Source of the DNA: Vulcanimicrobiota bacterium
GTDB taxonomy: Bacteria; Vulcanimicrobiota; Vulcanimicrobiia; Vulcanimicrobiales; Vulcanimicrobiaceae
Direction of reading: 5' to 3'
Length of the DNA stretch: 64,000 nt
NCBI GenBank assembly: GCA_963795855.1
Contig: CAWCIZ010000003.1
Span: 672,001-736,000, forward strand
The notes beneath the pieces were generated by a model, which worked only from the letters and a program-made list of their open reading frames with translations, was not told the origin of the DNA and did no database searches. The translations under genes and the position numbers were made by a program. Each line of letters opens with the position of its first letter. The first letter of the stretch is position 1. Of this stretch, positions 1-10,228 are shown piece after piece.

Positions 1-2107
1 GGCTCGACGCACCCATTGCGCCGGCGGCAAAAATCGGATGCACGATGCCCACCGCGGCTAACGGCACGAGCACGATGTTGTAGGCGAACGCCCAGAACAG
101 ATTTTGTTTGATCGTGCGCAGCGTCGCGCGCGAGAGTTCGATGCCCGCGGCAACCGCGCGCGGATCGTTCGAGAGCACCGCGACATGTGCGGTTTCTATC
201 GCGATTTCCGTACCGCCGCCCATCGCCAGACCCACGTCCGCGCTTGCAAGTGCGGGCGCATCGTTGATGCCGTCGCCGACGAATGCGACGCGTGCGTTCT
301 CATTGCGAAGGCGAGCGACGATCTCGGCTTTACCTTCGGGCGAAACGCGCGCGTGCCAGCCGTCGAGGTGCAGCCGCTCCGCCAAGTCTTGCGTGGGCGC
401 CGGTGCATCGCCGCTCACGATTTGCACGGCGATGCCGTCGGTTTGCAGCCGCGAGACCGCTTCGAGGGCTTCGGGCCTAACGGCGTCGCCCAGGTCGATT
501 GCGCCGAGTAACGAGCCGGCGTCGGCAACGTACACGCGCGTGTCGTCCGCAGCCCCCAGACCATCGCTGCCGATTCCGCGCGCGGCGAGAAACGCTTCAT
601 TTCCAACGTAAAACCGGCGACCGTCGATCGTACCGGCAATGCCGCCGCCGCGCTGGGCGACCACGTCGGTTGCAGACGCGCTCTGAACGATCCGGTCGTG
701 CGCCGCGCGGACGATCGCTGCGGCGAGCGGATGGGTCGACGCGCGTTCCAAAGCGGCAGCCGCGGCGAGAACTTCAACATCGGTGCGATTAGCGGCCGGA
801 TGCACCGCAAGAACTTCCGGTTTGCCGATCGTCAGCGTGCCGGTCTTGTCGAACAATACAGTGCGCACCCCACCAAGCCGCTCGACGGCGTCGGCGTCGC
901 GGAAGAGCAAACCGCGGCGCGCCGCCGTTCCAACCGCGACCATTATTGCCGTCGGCGTTGCCAAACCGAGCGCGCAAGGGCACGCGACGACCAGCACGGC
1001 AACTGCGGCGATGAACGCGTGCGCGAGCGGATGATGCGCTAGGAGCCAGCCGGCGAACGTCAGCGCCGCAATCGCGAGAATGCTCGGAACGAATACGCCG
1101 GCGGCGGAATCGGCTAAACGCTGCACGCGCGGCGTGCTTCCCTGGGCGCGTCGAACGACTTCGACGATCTTAGCGAGCGTCGTGCCCGCGCCGACCGCTT
1201 GCGCGCGAACGAACAGCGCGCCATCCCCGTTGAGCGAGCCTTGTTTCACGTTTTCGCCGGCTGCGACGGCAACCGGAATCGGCTCGCCGGTCAGCATCGA
1301 GGCGTCGATTGCGCTCGTTCCCTCGACGACGACGCCGTCCACGGGAATGCGTTCGCCTGCGGGGACGAGCAGCTCTTGTCCGACTTGCACCGAATCGACC
1401 GCGATGCTGCGTACGGTTCCATCCGGTTCGCGCAGCAGCGCAAGCATCGGACGCAAATCCAAAAGCGCGCGAATGGCGCGATTGCTTCGGCCGCGCGCCG
1501 CTGCTTCCAAATATTTTCCGGCGAACACGAGCGTGACGATGGCACTCGCGGTTTCGTAGTACGACGGCTGTGCGGAGAGCGTGCCGTAGATCGAAAAGCC
1601 GAACGCGGCGGTCGATCCCAGCGAAACGAGCGTGTCCATGTTCGTCGTCCCGTGACGCAGCGAGGCGAGCGCGCCGCGATGAAATTCACCGCCCACGATC
1701 GCCCACACCGGAAGCGTGAGCGCGAACATCACCCAATCTTTGTACGGAAACGTGGCGGGCGTCATACCGAGCGCCAGCGTCGGCACGAACAGCACCGCCG
1801 CGAAGATCAGCAGCGCGCGTTTACGCCGGACTTCCGCATCGCGCCGGCGAGCATCTTCGTCGGGCATGTCGTCGCGTACGACGGACGCGCCATAGCCGGC
1901 CGCTTCGATCGCCGCGACGAGCGCTTGCGTTGCTACGGCGGCGTCGTGCGTTACGGCGGCGCGCTCGGTCGCCAGGTTGACTTGCGCTTCGGAAACGCCC
2001 GGCACTTTGCGAAGCGCGCGTCCGACGTGGGCGACGCACGATGCGCAGGTCATGCCGGAAACCGCCAGCTCGGTAACGACCCAGACGGGCGAACCTGTCG
2101 TGGTCAC
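1..2107 (-). CDS. copA: Copper-translocating P1B-type ATPase (3' end runs off the window start)
   Basis: Read manually on the minus strand: N-terminal GMTCASC metal-binding domain, VACPCALG transmembrane motif, DKTGT phosphorylation site, GDGINDAPALA hinge. GTG start overlaps the copZ stop (GTGA). Confidence 0.93.
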   Translation of the reverse strand, partial: MTTTGSPVWVVTELAVSGMTCASCVAHVGRALRKVPGVSEAQVNLATERAAVTHDAAVATQALVAAIEAAGYGASVVRDDMPDEDARRRDAEVRRKRALLIFAAVLFVPTLALGMTPATFPYKDWVMFALTLPVWAIVGGEFHRGALASLRHGTTNMDTLVSLGSTAAFGFSIYGTLSAQPSYYETASAIVTLVFAGKYLEAAARGRSNRAIRALLDLRPMLALLREPDGTVRSIAVDSVQVGQELLVPAGERIPVDGVVVEGTSAIDASMLTGEPIPVAVAAGENVKQGSLNGDGALFVRAQAVGAGTTLAKIVEVVRRAQGSTPRVQRLADSAAGVFVPSILAIAALTFAGWLLAHHPLAHAFIAAVAVLVVACPCALGLATPTAIMVAVGTAARRGLLFRDADAVERLGGVRTVLFDKTGTLTIGKPEVLAVHPAANRTDVEVLAAAAALERASTHPLAAAIVRAAHDRIVQSASATDVVAQRGGGIAGTIDGRRFYVGNEAFLAARGIGSDGLGAADDTRVYVADAGSLLGAIDLGDAVRPEALEAVSRLQTDGIAVQIVSGDAPAPTQDLAERLHLDGWHARVSPEGKAEIVARLRNENARVAFVGDGINDAPALASADVGLAMGGGTEIAIETAHVAVLSNDPRAVAAGIELSRATLRTIKQNLFWAFAYNIVLVPLAAVGIVHPIFAAGAMGASS

Positions 2108-2304
2108 GCCAGTTCGTAGCCCGCTTCGGTGAGCGCCGCGCCCAGATCAGGGCGTTCGATCGGGCGCTCGGCATCGATCCGCGCCGTCCCGGCTTTCAGA
2201 TCGACCTCGACCGAACGGACGCCCGGTACGGCCGTCAGAGCTTGGGTGACGTGCCGCACGCAATTTTGACAGGTCATGCCCGTCACACTAATGGTCTGAA
2301 TCAT
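2104..2304 (-). CDS. copZ: Copper chaperone (HMA domain)
   Basis: 66 aa, MIQTISVTGMTCQNCVRHV (GMTCxxC); AAGGAA RBS; directly upstream of copA. Confidence 0.9.
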   Translation of the reverse strand: MIQTISVTGMTCQNCVRHVTQALTAVPGVRSVEVDLKAGTARIDAERPIERPDLGAALTEAGYELA

Positions 2305-2443
2305 GTTCCTTGGTTTACGATGGTTGCGGGACGGCCCCCGCATCAGCTGGAACCCTCCCTTGCGCAGGCGCGTTGCATTCAGGCAACGGTCTGCCGATAG
2401 ATTGTTGTATAGGACAGCTTTGAAAGCGAGGTTTCACCCTCCC

Positions 2444-3766
2444 ATGCATTGGCGTTTACGCCGTTGGGCTTTGGCGATCGCCCTCATCGTTGCGCTCCCG
2501 GTAACCATTGGTGCGGCTCCGGCCACGAACCCGTCGGAAGATTTGCGGCAGAGTTACGAACTTCTGACGACTACGTATTATTCGAAGGTTGATGCGCAGC
2601 GATTGCTCGACGGCGCGCGACAAGCGCTGATTGACGACGCCTCCAAACACCACGCTCACGTCAGCGTTCCCGCGGTTCACGACGCCGGCAGTTTGGACGG
2701 CAACGTCGACGCCTTGCTTTCATCAATCACGCGCGTCGGGTCGGCGCTGCACCTCTCGCAAACCCAACTGACGTACGACGCGATCGACGGTATGGCGAAA
2801 TCGCTCGGCGATCGGTACACCACGTTTTTCACCCCGGAAGAATATCGCCAGTTCAACGACGCGCTCGATCCGGAAAAGATTTCCGGCATCGGCGTGATCG
2901 TGCGCGCAGATGAAGCCAGCAAATACATTCAGGCGGAATACGTCGTCCCGGGAACGCCCGCGGACAAAGCGGGCCTGCAAACCGGCGATCTCTTCGCGAG
3001 CGTCGACGGCAAATCGCTGAAAGGCCTCACTGCCGACCAAGCCAGCGAAATGCTTCGCGGTAAACCGGGGTCGATGGTGCGCGTTCAAGCACTTCGCGAC
3101 GGCAAAGCGCTTGCGACGATGAACATTACGCGCTCGGAGGTGCAGCCCCCCACCGTCATCTACAAGATGCTTCCGCAGCACGTCGGGTACATTTACATCT
3201 TGGCGTTCGGCCGCGACACGCCGGACGAATTCGCGCTCGCGCTGGATCGCTTGCAGAAGAGCGACGTGCGCGCGTACGTCATCGATCTGCGCGACGACGG
3301 CGGCGGGTATGTGAATTCCGCGCTCGACATCAGCTCGAAGTTCATCAACGGCGATCCCCTGCTCACGATTGAGGAGCGCGGTTCGCATACCACCACCGTG
3401 GATGCGGGCGTCGATGCGCTGCCGCGCAAACCGATGGCGATTCTGGTGAACCGCTACACCGCTTCGGCGTCGGAAATCACCGCGGGAGCGCTGCAGGACA
3501 ACGGCGTCGGCGTGCTCGTGGGCGAGAAAACGTTCGGCAAAGGCGTGATGCAGTCGCTCACGCCGCTGCCCGACGGGGCCGCCATCAAGATTACGACGGC
3601 GCACTATCTGACGCCGAAAAATCACGACATCAACCTCAAGGGCATCGAGCCCGACTATGTCGTGATGGAGAACAAAGACGCGCGCTTGGGCGATCTGGGG
3701 CACGATGCGCAGCTGCAAGCCGCCATTGGCATTCTCACCAAGAAAATCGCCGACGCGCGAAACTAA
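2444..3766 (+). CDS. ctpA: S41 family C-terminal processing peptidase with PDZ domain
   Basis: Signal peptide, PDZ (GIGV...PADKAGLQTGD), DLRDDGGG, TASASEI catalytic Ser, TFGKG, KITTAHYLTP. Start set at ATG 2444. Confidence 0.9.
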   Translation: MHWRLRRWALAIALIVALPVTIGAAPATNPSEDLRQSYELLTTTYYSKVDAQRLLDGARQALIDDASKHHAHVSVPAVHDAGSLDGNVDALLSSITRVGSALHLSQTQLTYDAIDGMAKSLGDRYTTFFTPEEYRQFNDALDPEKISGIGVIVRADEASKYIQAEYVVPGTPADKAGLQTGDLFASVDGKSLKGLTADQASEMLRGKPGSMVRVQALRDGKALATMNITRSEVQPPTVIYKMLPQHVGYIYILAFGRDTPDEFALALDRLQKSDVRAYVIDLRDDGGGYVNSALDISSKFINGDPLLTIEERGSHTTTVDAGVDALPRKPMAILVNRYTASASEITAGALQDNGVGVLVGEKTFGKGVMQSLTPLPDGAAIKITTAHYLTPKNHDINLKGIEPDYVVMENKDARLGDLGHDAQLQAAIGILTKKIADARN

Positions 3767-4128
3767 TCCATTCGTTTAACGAGGCGGACGCGGGTGCCGC
3801 CTCGTGAATACGAGATGTCGTTCATCAGCGTGCGCATGATGATCGTCCCGAAGCGGCTCGCTCCGCCTTCTTGCGGGTCGCTGCCGCTGCTCTGAATCTC
3901 GATTTGCAGTTCGCGCTCCGCAAAAGTGCATAAAACGGAATAGCCGCCGCCGCGTTTGCTGCGGCTATGCTCGGCTGCAGTAATGAGCGCTTCCCCTGCT
4001 CCCGTCGCAATGTCGGCGACTTGGTCGGCAGAAAAACCGCAGAGCTTCGCAAAGCCCGCAATCGCCGAGCGCGCAAGCGCGATGCTTCGCGGGTCGCTGG
4101 TAAACGTGCCATGGTAAGTGGGCGGCAA
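3763..4128 (-). CDS. Anti-sigma factor / HATPase_c ATP-binding protein (RsbW-like)
   Basis: DIATGAGEALITAAEH N-box-like, FGTIIMRTLMNDISY..GGTRVRLVK G-box-like; motifs degenerate. Confidence 0.75.
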   Translation of the reverse strand: MPPTYHGTFTSDPRSIALARSAIAGFAKLCGFSADQVADIATGAGEALITAAEHSRSKRGGGYSVLCTFAERELQIEIQSSGSDPQEGGASRFGTIIMRTLMNDISYSRGGTRVRLVKRMD

Positions 4129-4327
4129 TGTAGCATGAGTTTAGCGAAAGCCGGGCGTTCGCGAATCAGGCCGCCGGCTCCATCGTCTAGGGCCGGGAGG
4201 CCTGCCCGCGGCGCCTACGCCGCCCTCGCTGTGCCGCCAAGCGAGGCGAGCAATATGGCGTCCGTCCCGTGCGCTTTCGAATGTGCGTGGGTACCCTCTG
4301 GCAGCACTTGCAGAAAGGGCTTCGCAC

Positions 4328-4744
4328 ATGGCTCTAGAGGACGACAGACCGCAACATGAAGGCATCGCTGCGGCGGTAAAGCAGCTCTCGGAAGATCTCG
4401 GATTACTGGTTCGCAAAGAGCTCGAACTTGCGCGCGCCGAGATGACGGACAAGGCCAAAACCGTCGGCGCCGGCGCGGGAATGTTAAGCGGTTCCGCCGT
4501 CACGGGCCTTCTTACGTTAGGTTCGCTGACGGCATTACTCATCATTGCAATTTCTCTCGCATTGCCGACGTGGCTTTCCGCGTTGATCGTTACGGTCATG
4601 TGGGGTGCCGTTACTGCGGTTCTCGCACTTGCCGGTAAGAACAAAATTCAAAACGCCGGCCCGCTCGTGCCGGAGCAGACGATACAAAACGTCAAGGAAG
4701 ACGTCGAATGGGCGAAGGACGGCCTGAAATCAGGGAGAGAGTAG
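4328..4744 (+). CDS. Holin-X / phage_holin_3_6-like membrane protein (chromosomal type)
   Basis: LVRKELELARAEM, two TM helices, PEQTIQNVKEDVEWAK C-terminus typical of the family. Confidence 0.8.
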   Translation: MALEDDRPQHEGIAAAVKQLSEDLGLLVRKELELARAEMTDKAKTVGAGAGMLSGSAVTGLLTLGSLTALLIIAISLALPTWLSALIVTVMWGAVTAVLALAGKNKIQNAGPLVPEQTIQNVKEDVEWAKDGLKSGRE

Positions 4745-4746
4745 CG

Positions 4747-5238
4747 ATGAAAACATCACAGCTCCTGGCCGGCCTCGGGTCGGCGACGCTAGCCCTTGCG
4801 CTCCTCGGCGCTACCCCGCACGCGGCCAAGCCGGCGCCTCATCACACGTCTGCGTCACATTTGATCACGATCCGCATGGATCTGGATTTTCGGCCGCACA
4901 AGCGCTCTTCATTCGGAAAAATTCGAGGATACGATCCGGCGGAAGTGCACGTTCACATGGGCGACAAGATTCAATGGGTCAATCCGGATGACGAAGCGCA
5001 CACCGCAACGGGTATGGCGTATACCGGGCAATCAGCGCCCGCGAATTATAAGTTCCAGGGCGACTTCACGAAACCGCACGGACGCATCATCGATGCGAGC
5101 GAATGGAGTACGGGCAACGTACGCGCACATGGCGGTAAATCGCCCGTCTTTGTCGCGAAGCGCGTCGGACACTACTTCTACGGCTGCGGTTATCATTTGG
5201 GCGTCGGGCAGATTGGCGTCATCGTCGTAGGACCCTAA
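4747..5238 (+). CDS. Secreted cupredoxin (plastocyanin/azurin-like)
   Basis: Signal peptide; GDKIQWVN..AHTATG and GHYFYGCGYHLGVGQIGVIVVG type-1 copper loop. Confidence 0.75.
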   Translation: MKTSQLLAGLGSATLALALLGATPHAAKPAPHHTSASHLITIRMDLDFRPHKRSSFGKIRGYDPAEVHVHMGDKIQWVNPDDEAHTATGMAYTGQSAPANYKFQGDFTKPHGRIIDASEWSTGNVRAHGGKSPVFVAKRVGHYFYGCGYHLGVGQIGVIVVGP

Positions 5239-5246
5239 GCGAGATC

Positions 5247-6266
5247 CTACGGCTGCAGAACGAGAAGCGCGAACGTACCGGGCACCACGTGATAACGGTC
5301 CCGGTACGTCGTTGCTTTCGGATTGATCAGCAACTTCGCCGTTACCAAAAAGACATCACCGGTGGTTGGATCGAGCGCCATCGTGCGCGCTCCCGCTTCC
5401 GTTTTTGCATTTTGCGCGAGCGCGAAGTTGTCCGGCGCAGCTTCATGAATGACCGTAAGCGTTGCATCTCGGCCGTTTGATGCGAACGCGAGGTTGCTAT
5501 TCGGGTCGAAGCGTGTCGCGTCGGTTCCCGCACCGGTCGCGATGGTCGTCACGACACGTCCCGTGTCCGCATCGACGATACCCATCTGCCCTTCACATGC
5601 CGTGAACAACCGGCGGTTCTTCGTATCCATCGAAATACCCGACGGGCTTTGACACCTTCCAAGCGGCCAGCGCGCGTTGACGGCGGCTTTCGCCGCGTCG
5701 ATCGCAACGATTTCGCTCGTGCTCTCCAAGTTGTCGTACACCATGCCGCGGCCGTCGGCAACGGCGAATTCGGGACGGCCGTTCAACGGAATCGTGGCGA
5801 CGACCGCGTTGGTCTGCGCGTCGATGACGGTGGCGTCGTTTCCGCCTCCGTTAAACGTAAGAACGCGTTTGCTGACCGGTTCGTACACGATCGCGTCGGG
5901 ATTCTTCGCGCTGGTATGAATTGTCGTCTGCGTTTTCAACGTGCGCAGATCGAAGACGGTTACCGTACCGTCGCGCCCGTTTGACGTAAAGCCCTTCCCG
6001 AGTTCTTGCGCCAGCGCGATGCCGTGCACGCCCGGCGTGTCCGGAATATCGCCGAGCACGTGGCCGGTGAGCGGATCGACAACCATCACGTGCGTGCCGC
6101 GCGAGATGAATAAGCGCTTTCCCGCGGCGTCGTACGTGAGATAGTCCCAGCCGCCATCGCCGCCCAGCAAGAACCGGTGCGTCAGATGGTAATTCGGCGG
6201 CGTTTGCGCGGCGCCAAGCGCGGTCGCGGCAAGCGCAAGCACGGCAGCAAGTACGATCTTCATCAC
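5247..6266 (-). CDS. YncE-like secreted beta-propeller protein
   Basis: Signal peptide; GGDGGWDYL, GVHGIALA, NPDAIVYEP, GARTMALDP blade repeats. Confidence 0.85.
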   Translation of the reverse strand: MMKIVLAAVLALAATALGAAQTPPNYHLTHRFLLGGDGGWDYLTYDAAGKRLFISRGTHVMVVDPLTGHVLGDIPDTPGVHGIALAQELGKGFTSNGRDGTVTVFDLRTLKTQTTIHTSAKNPDAIVYEPVSKRVLTFNGGGNDATVIDAQTNAVVATIPLNGRPEFAVADGRGMVYDNLESTSEIVAIDAAKAAVNARWPLGRCQSPSGISMDTKNRRLFTACEGQMGIVDADTGRVVTTIATGAGTDATRFDPNSNLAFASNGRDATLTVIHEAAPDNFALAQNAKTEAGARTMALDPTTGDVFLVTAKLLINPKATTYRDRYHVVPGTFALLVLQP

Positions 6267-6308
6267 GCACGCTTCGACCGTTCGGCAAGCGGCCCTGGCG
6301 CCGGGAAC

Positions 6309-7022
6309 TTAGTGAACCGCGATCGGCACCATGATGCTGTTGCCCGCTTCATCGTGAATCACTGCCGAACACGTTCCGGGCCCGATCGGCTTCACCGAAT
6401 ACGTGGCGGCAGCCTCGCCGGATGCCGCCAGTGAAATCGATGCAATGCCCTTGCACGTGTCGCGCTCGGAAAAGGCGGCGACCTTCGCGCTGCTCAGCGC
6501 CATGAAGAGATGCGACTCGGCGTTGCTGTCTATGCTGACGCTCTGCGGCGTGGCGCTTAGCGGATTGCTTGCGGCAGGCGCGGGCGCGGAGATCGCCGCT
6601 TCACCGCGGCGCCATTCGCTGCCGTCGGTGAACGTCACCGACTGCACGTGACAGGTAATTTTCGGTGCAACGAATTGCGGCAAGACGAACGCCTGGCCGG
6701 CACCGTTCGTATAACGGTGCGTAATCTCTACGCCCGGCGAAAACGTGCCGACGTCGCGAATGACGAACGTGTCGCCGTTCGAGTTCACCGCAAAATTGAT
6801 GAGATTTGCAGTCTTCGACGATTCGTTCGTAAACTGAATTTTGATGCCCGAACTGCTGGAAGCAACGGGCACGCCGAAGAGCGTTTGCGTGTTGTTGTTA
6901 TTGAGCATCGGACCGCAGGCATTGACGACTACCGGCGCAGTGCCCGCGCCTTGCGCAAAAACGGCGGGCGTCATGGCGCCGAAGAGCGCCGCAATTGCGG
7001 CCGCAAACAAGCATTTGTTCAT
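6309..7022 (-). CDS. Hypothetical secreted protein
   Basis: GAGG RBS, signal peptide MNKCLFAAAIAALF, beta-rich domains with Cys pairs. Confidence 0.75.
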   Translation of the reverse strand: MNKCLFAAAIAALFGAMTPAVFAQGAGTAPVVVNACGPMLNNNNTQTLFGVPVASSSSGIKIQFTNESSKTANLINFAVNSNGDTFVIRDVGTFSPGVEITHRYTNGAGQAFVLPQFVAPKITCHVQSVTFTDGSEWRRGEAAISAPAPAASNPLSATPQSVSIDSNAESHLFMALSSAKVAAFSERDTCKGIASISLAASGEAAATYSVKPIGPGTCSAVIHDEAGNSIMVPIAVH

Positions 7023-7119
7023 TGCTGCACCTCGGTCATACCGTACCATACTTTCGACGATCGACGCACCGTCTTGCGGCGATAATAGGAACGGAGCCGT
7101 GCACGCCTAAGCACCCGGG

Positions 7120-8904
7120 ATGCGATATGCTGCCATCGCTTGCATTCTCGCGGCCGCCCTTGCCGGCTGCACGATGGTTCGTGCCGCACCTTCTGCGCCG
7201 GCTGCACCCGCCGATAGTGCGGTGCGCGGCGACCGCGCTGAAGGCTGGCTTCAGCAGAGCCGCTCGCCGGTACTCGCGCGCAACGGCATGGTTACCACGA
7301 GTCAACCGCTCGCGGCGCAGGCGGGGCTTCGAATTCTAATGCAAGGCGGCAATGCGATCGACGCTGCCGTCGCAACGGTCGCGACATTGAACGTCACCGA
7401 ACCGATGATGGTCGGGATGGGCGGCGACGTTTTTGCGATCGTCTACATTGCGAAAGATCGTAAGTACTACGTTCTGAACGCGAGCGGCGTGGCGCCGAGC
7501 GGTGCAACGGTCGCGCATCTCAATGCACTCGGATACAAATACGATCCGGCAAACTGGGGCCCCGGTTCCGGCATGCCGCCCGGTGGTATACTCGACGTCA
7601 CCGTGCCGGGATCGGTATGGGGCTGGGATGAAGTGCTTCGGCGATTCGGCACGATGAAGTTCGATCGCGTGCTTGCTCCGGCAATCGAGTACGCACAGAA
7701 CGGGTTCCCCGTCTCGGAGCGAATCGCTCACGATTGGCGTTTGCCGAACGCACTTCCGCTCCGCGGATGCTGCACGCTACTCGATCCGGATTCCGTGCGG
7801 ACGTGGTACGTCAACGGCGTGCCGCCGCGGGCGGGACAGATATTCCGCAATCGCGATCTCGCGCGCTCCTTTCGGCTGCTGCAGAAATACGGGCGCGACG
7901 TGTTTTACCGCGGTGAAATTGCACGAGCAATCGTTGCGAAATCGCGCGCGCTGGGCGGAACGATGACGCTTTCCGATCTCGCGCATTATCGCGGCGAATG
8001 GGTGCGCCCTATTGATACGCCCTATCACGGCTCGCATTTGCTCGAGCTGCCGCCGCCGTCGCAAGGATTCGCAGCGAATGAGGCGCTGAACATCTTGGCC
8101 CAATGCGTGCCGAAATTGGTGCCGGGCGAATCGCTGGCCTCACTTGGACCGGCGAATCCGCAGTACTGGCACTTGCTGGTCGAAGCGAAAAAACTTGCGT
8201 ACGCCGATCTCTATCGGTTCAACGCCGATCCGGACGTCGTACACGTTCCGGTCGCGAATCTCGTCTCAGCGCAGCACGCTGCGTCGATGTGCTCGAAGAT
8301 CGATCCGAATCGCGCCTCGACACCGGCCGCGCCCGCTGCGGATACCGGCATCAGCGATACGATCGTGCTCTCGACTGCAGATCGGTGGGGCAACATGGTT
8401 TCGTGGGTCAATAGCAATTACGACGAATTCGGTTCGGGTATCACCGTGCCGGCTTACGGGTTCATTCTTCACGATCGCGGCGGGTTGTTTACCCTGGATC
8501 CGAAAAGTCCGAACGCGATTGCTCCGCACAAGCGCCCGTTCAACACCCTTGCGGCTGGATTTATTGCGCAAGGCGGACGCCCGTTGATGACGCTCGGTCT
8601 CATGGGCGGCGACATGCAAGCGCAAGGGCACGAACAAATCGCCGTCGACGTGATCGATTTGCACGCCAACGTGCAGCAGGCCGGCGACATGGCGCGGTTT
8701 CGTCATTCCGAAATCTCGAACGCGCTGTATTTGGAGTCGCCGCTTTATCAGCTCGTCGGCGCGCGTCTGAAAGCCATGGGTCATAACGTGCGTTCGAGCG
8801 ATCGGGCGCCGATGGGCGGCTATCAGGCGATCATGGTGCTGTCGAACGGCGCTTATGCAGGGGGCTCCGATTTCGGAAAAGACGGCGAAGCCGTTGGCTG
8901 GTAG
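7120..8904 (+). CDS. ggt: Gamma-glutamyltransferase family protein (lipoprotein signal)
   Basis: GGNAIDAAVA, GMGGDVF, nucleophile DT in SDTIVLSTADRWGN, KRPFNTL, MGGDMQAQG; LAGC lipobox. Confidence 0.92.
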   Translation: MRYAAIACILAAALAGCTMVRAAPSAPAAPADSAVRGDRAEGWLQQSRSPVLARNGMVTTSQPLAAQAGLRILMQGGNAIDAAVATVATLNVTEPMMVGMGGDVFAIVYIAKDRKYYVLNASGVAPSGATVAHLNALGYKYDPANWGPGSGMPPGGILDVTVPGSVWGWDEVLRRFGTMKFDRVLAPAIEYAQNGFPVSERIAHDWRLPNALPLRGCCTLLDPDSVRTWYVNGVPPRAGQIFRNRDLARSFRLLQKYGRDVFYRGEIARAIVAKSRALGGTMTLSDLAHYRGEWVRPIDTPYHGSHLLELPPPSQGFAANEALNILAQCVPKLVPGESLASLGPANPQYWHLLVEAKKLAYADLYRFNADPDVVHVPVANLVSAQHAASMCSKIDPNRASTPAAPAADTGISDTIVLSTADRWGNMVSWVNSNYDEFGSGITVPAYGFILHDRGGLFTLDPKSPNAIAPHKRPFNTLAAGFIAQGGRPLMTLGLMGGDMQAQGHEQIAVDVIDLHANVQQAGDMARFRHSEISNALYLESPLYQLVGARLKAMGHNVRSSDRAPMGGYQAIMVLSNGAYAGGSDFGKDGEAVGW

Positions 8905-8978
8905 GAGCGCGCGGTCGTGCGCTCAGTAAGCACTGCGCGAATGCGGACTACGCGGCCTACCCGCCACGGGGCCTATCT

Positions 8979-10079
8979 TCAGTGATGCGGTACGAGCAAG
9001 AACCCGTGCGGGATACCGTTTAGCGTCCCCGTCCCCACGATCTCGCCGCTGTCGTTGACGTCTTGCGCGTTCGTCAGTACCCACTGCGAGCAGCTGGCCG
9101 GAATCAATGTATTGAGATCTTTTAATGTCCCGGAGACCCACACGAAGGCGCGCGAGGATTTCGTGCCGGCGTAGTTTCCGACGACGACGTCGGCGTTATT
9201 GATGGCATTGCCGATGATCGATGCGTATTGCTGCGCAACAGGCGAATCGATCTCTTGTGCACTGCTGCCGTTCGAAACGAACGTTGCCGTATTGTTCGTG
9301 TTCGTTATCGGGGAGAAGCCGACGACGTGCCCGGCATCGTTCATATCTGTGATGGCGCTGCCATCCCCGTAGATCGTGCCGGCGGGACCAACTTCGTCTA
9401 GGGAAAGGTTCGACGACGTCGCGATGCCTTTGCCGCCTGGATAGTAAAAAGGCGCCAGTGTGCCTGCACAGCCGGGTCCCCCGTTTTGGCTGAATCCGCC
9501 GAGCGCGAGGAAGCCGCTATTATTGATTGCCAGCGAGAGTGCCTGAGGCAGACCTACAGGCGGCGCGCTAACGGAAAACTCCAGCGCGAGTGCAGTGCAA
9601 AATCCCGCAATGCCGCTTTGGTACGTGATCGCCGCGACGGTTCCGGCGTTGTTTATGTGCGCATCGCTGATCGCGAGGTTCGGATCCGTTCCCACGTTGA
9701 GTGGCGTAATCGTTCCATTCGACTGGTATTCGGCAAAGGTGCTTGTGCTAAAACCAACGGCGACGCCTGCGTCGTTGACGTCGTCCAGTTCGCTGCCCGG
9801 ATACCGCGTGAGGCTTCCGTTGCGGTAGAAGAATACGCCGTTTGCAACGTTCCCGACCACCGTCCCCGAGCTGTTTATTGCGCTCGGTTGGACGTTCGCA
9901 CCCAAATCGACGAGATCGTAGAGCGCCGGAATAACAGAAGAACCGCTGTGCGCAGCGGGCGCGCCGGCATTCGGCGCCGGTTGGGTGGACGGAAGCGATC
10001 CGCTTCCGGAACCGCCGCCTCCGCAAGCGGCAAGGCTGAACACCAACAAAACCGCCGGTAGCGATGGCGATACTCGCAT
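8979..10079 (-). CDS. HAF-repeat extracellular lipoprotein
   Basis: LAAC lipobox; repeated AINxxGxVVG units, RAFVW..DLNTLIP, HGFLLVP C-terminus. Confidence 0.8.
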   Translation of the reverse strand: MRVSPSLPAVLLVFSLAACGGGGSGSGSLPSTQPAPNAGAPAAHSGSSVIPALYDLVDLGANVQPSAINSSGTVVGNVANGVFFYRNGSLTRYPGSELDDVNDAGVAVGFSTSTFAEYQSNGTITPLNVGTDPNLAISDAHINNAGTVAAITYQSGIAGFCTALALEFSVSAPPVGLPQALSLAINNSGFLALGGFSQNGGPGCAGTLAPFYYPGGKGIATSSNLSLDEVGPAGTIYGDGSAITDMNDAGHVVGFSPITNTNNTATFVSNGSSAQEIDSPVAQQYASIIGNAINNADVVVGNYAGTKSSRAFVWVSGTLKDLNTLIPASCSQWVLTNAQDVNDSGEIVGTGTLNGIPHGFLLVPHH

Positions 10080-10228
10080 AAAGACTCCTCGCGGACGCTG
10101 CTTTCGCAAAAATCATGCAGCGACATCAAGGCCGGAGCATCGCCCAGTCAGGCACACATCGAGGGGACTTTTGGGTACTTGGGCTGACCTCCGTAGTGCT
10201 TTCGTCCGCCTGGGTACAAACGCCGCAA

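Noticed and set aside
104..2119. Many plus-strand ORFs in the track
   Set aside because: Shadow ORFs antisense to copA, which the track misses because it runs off the window.
4328..4744. Holin-family gene as a sign of a prophage
   Set aside because: No phage structural, lysis or integrase genes nearby; this family is commonly chromosomal.
8963..8970. GCCACGGG matching the tRNA leader/att repeat after ggt
   Set aside because: Only 8 bp in GC-rich DNA; cannot be distinguished from chance.
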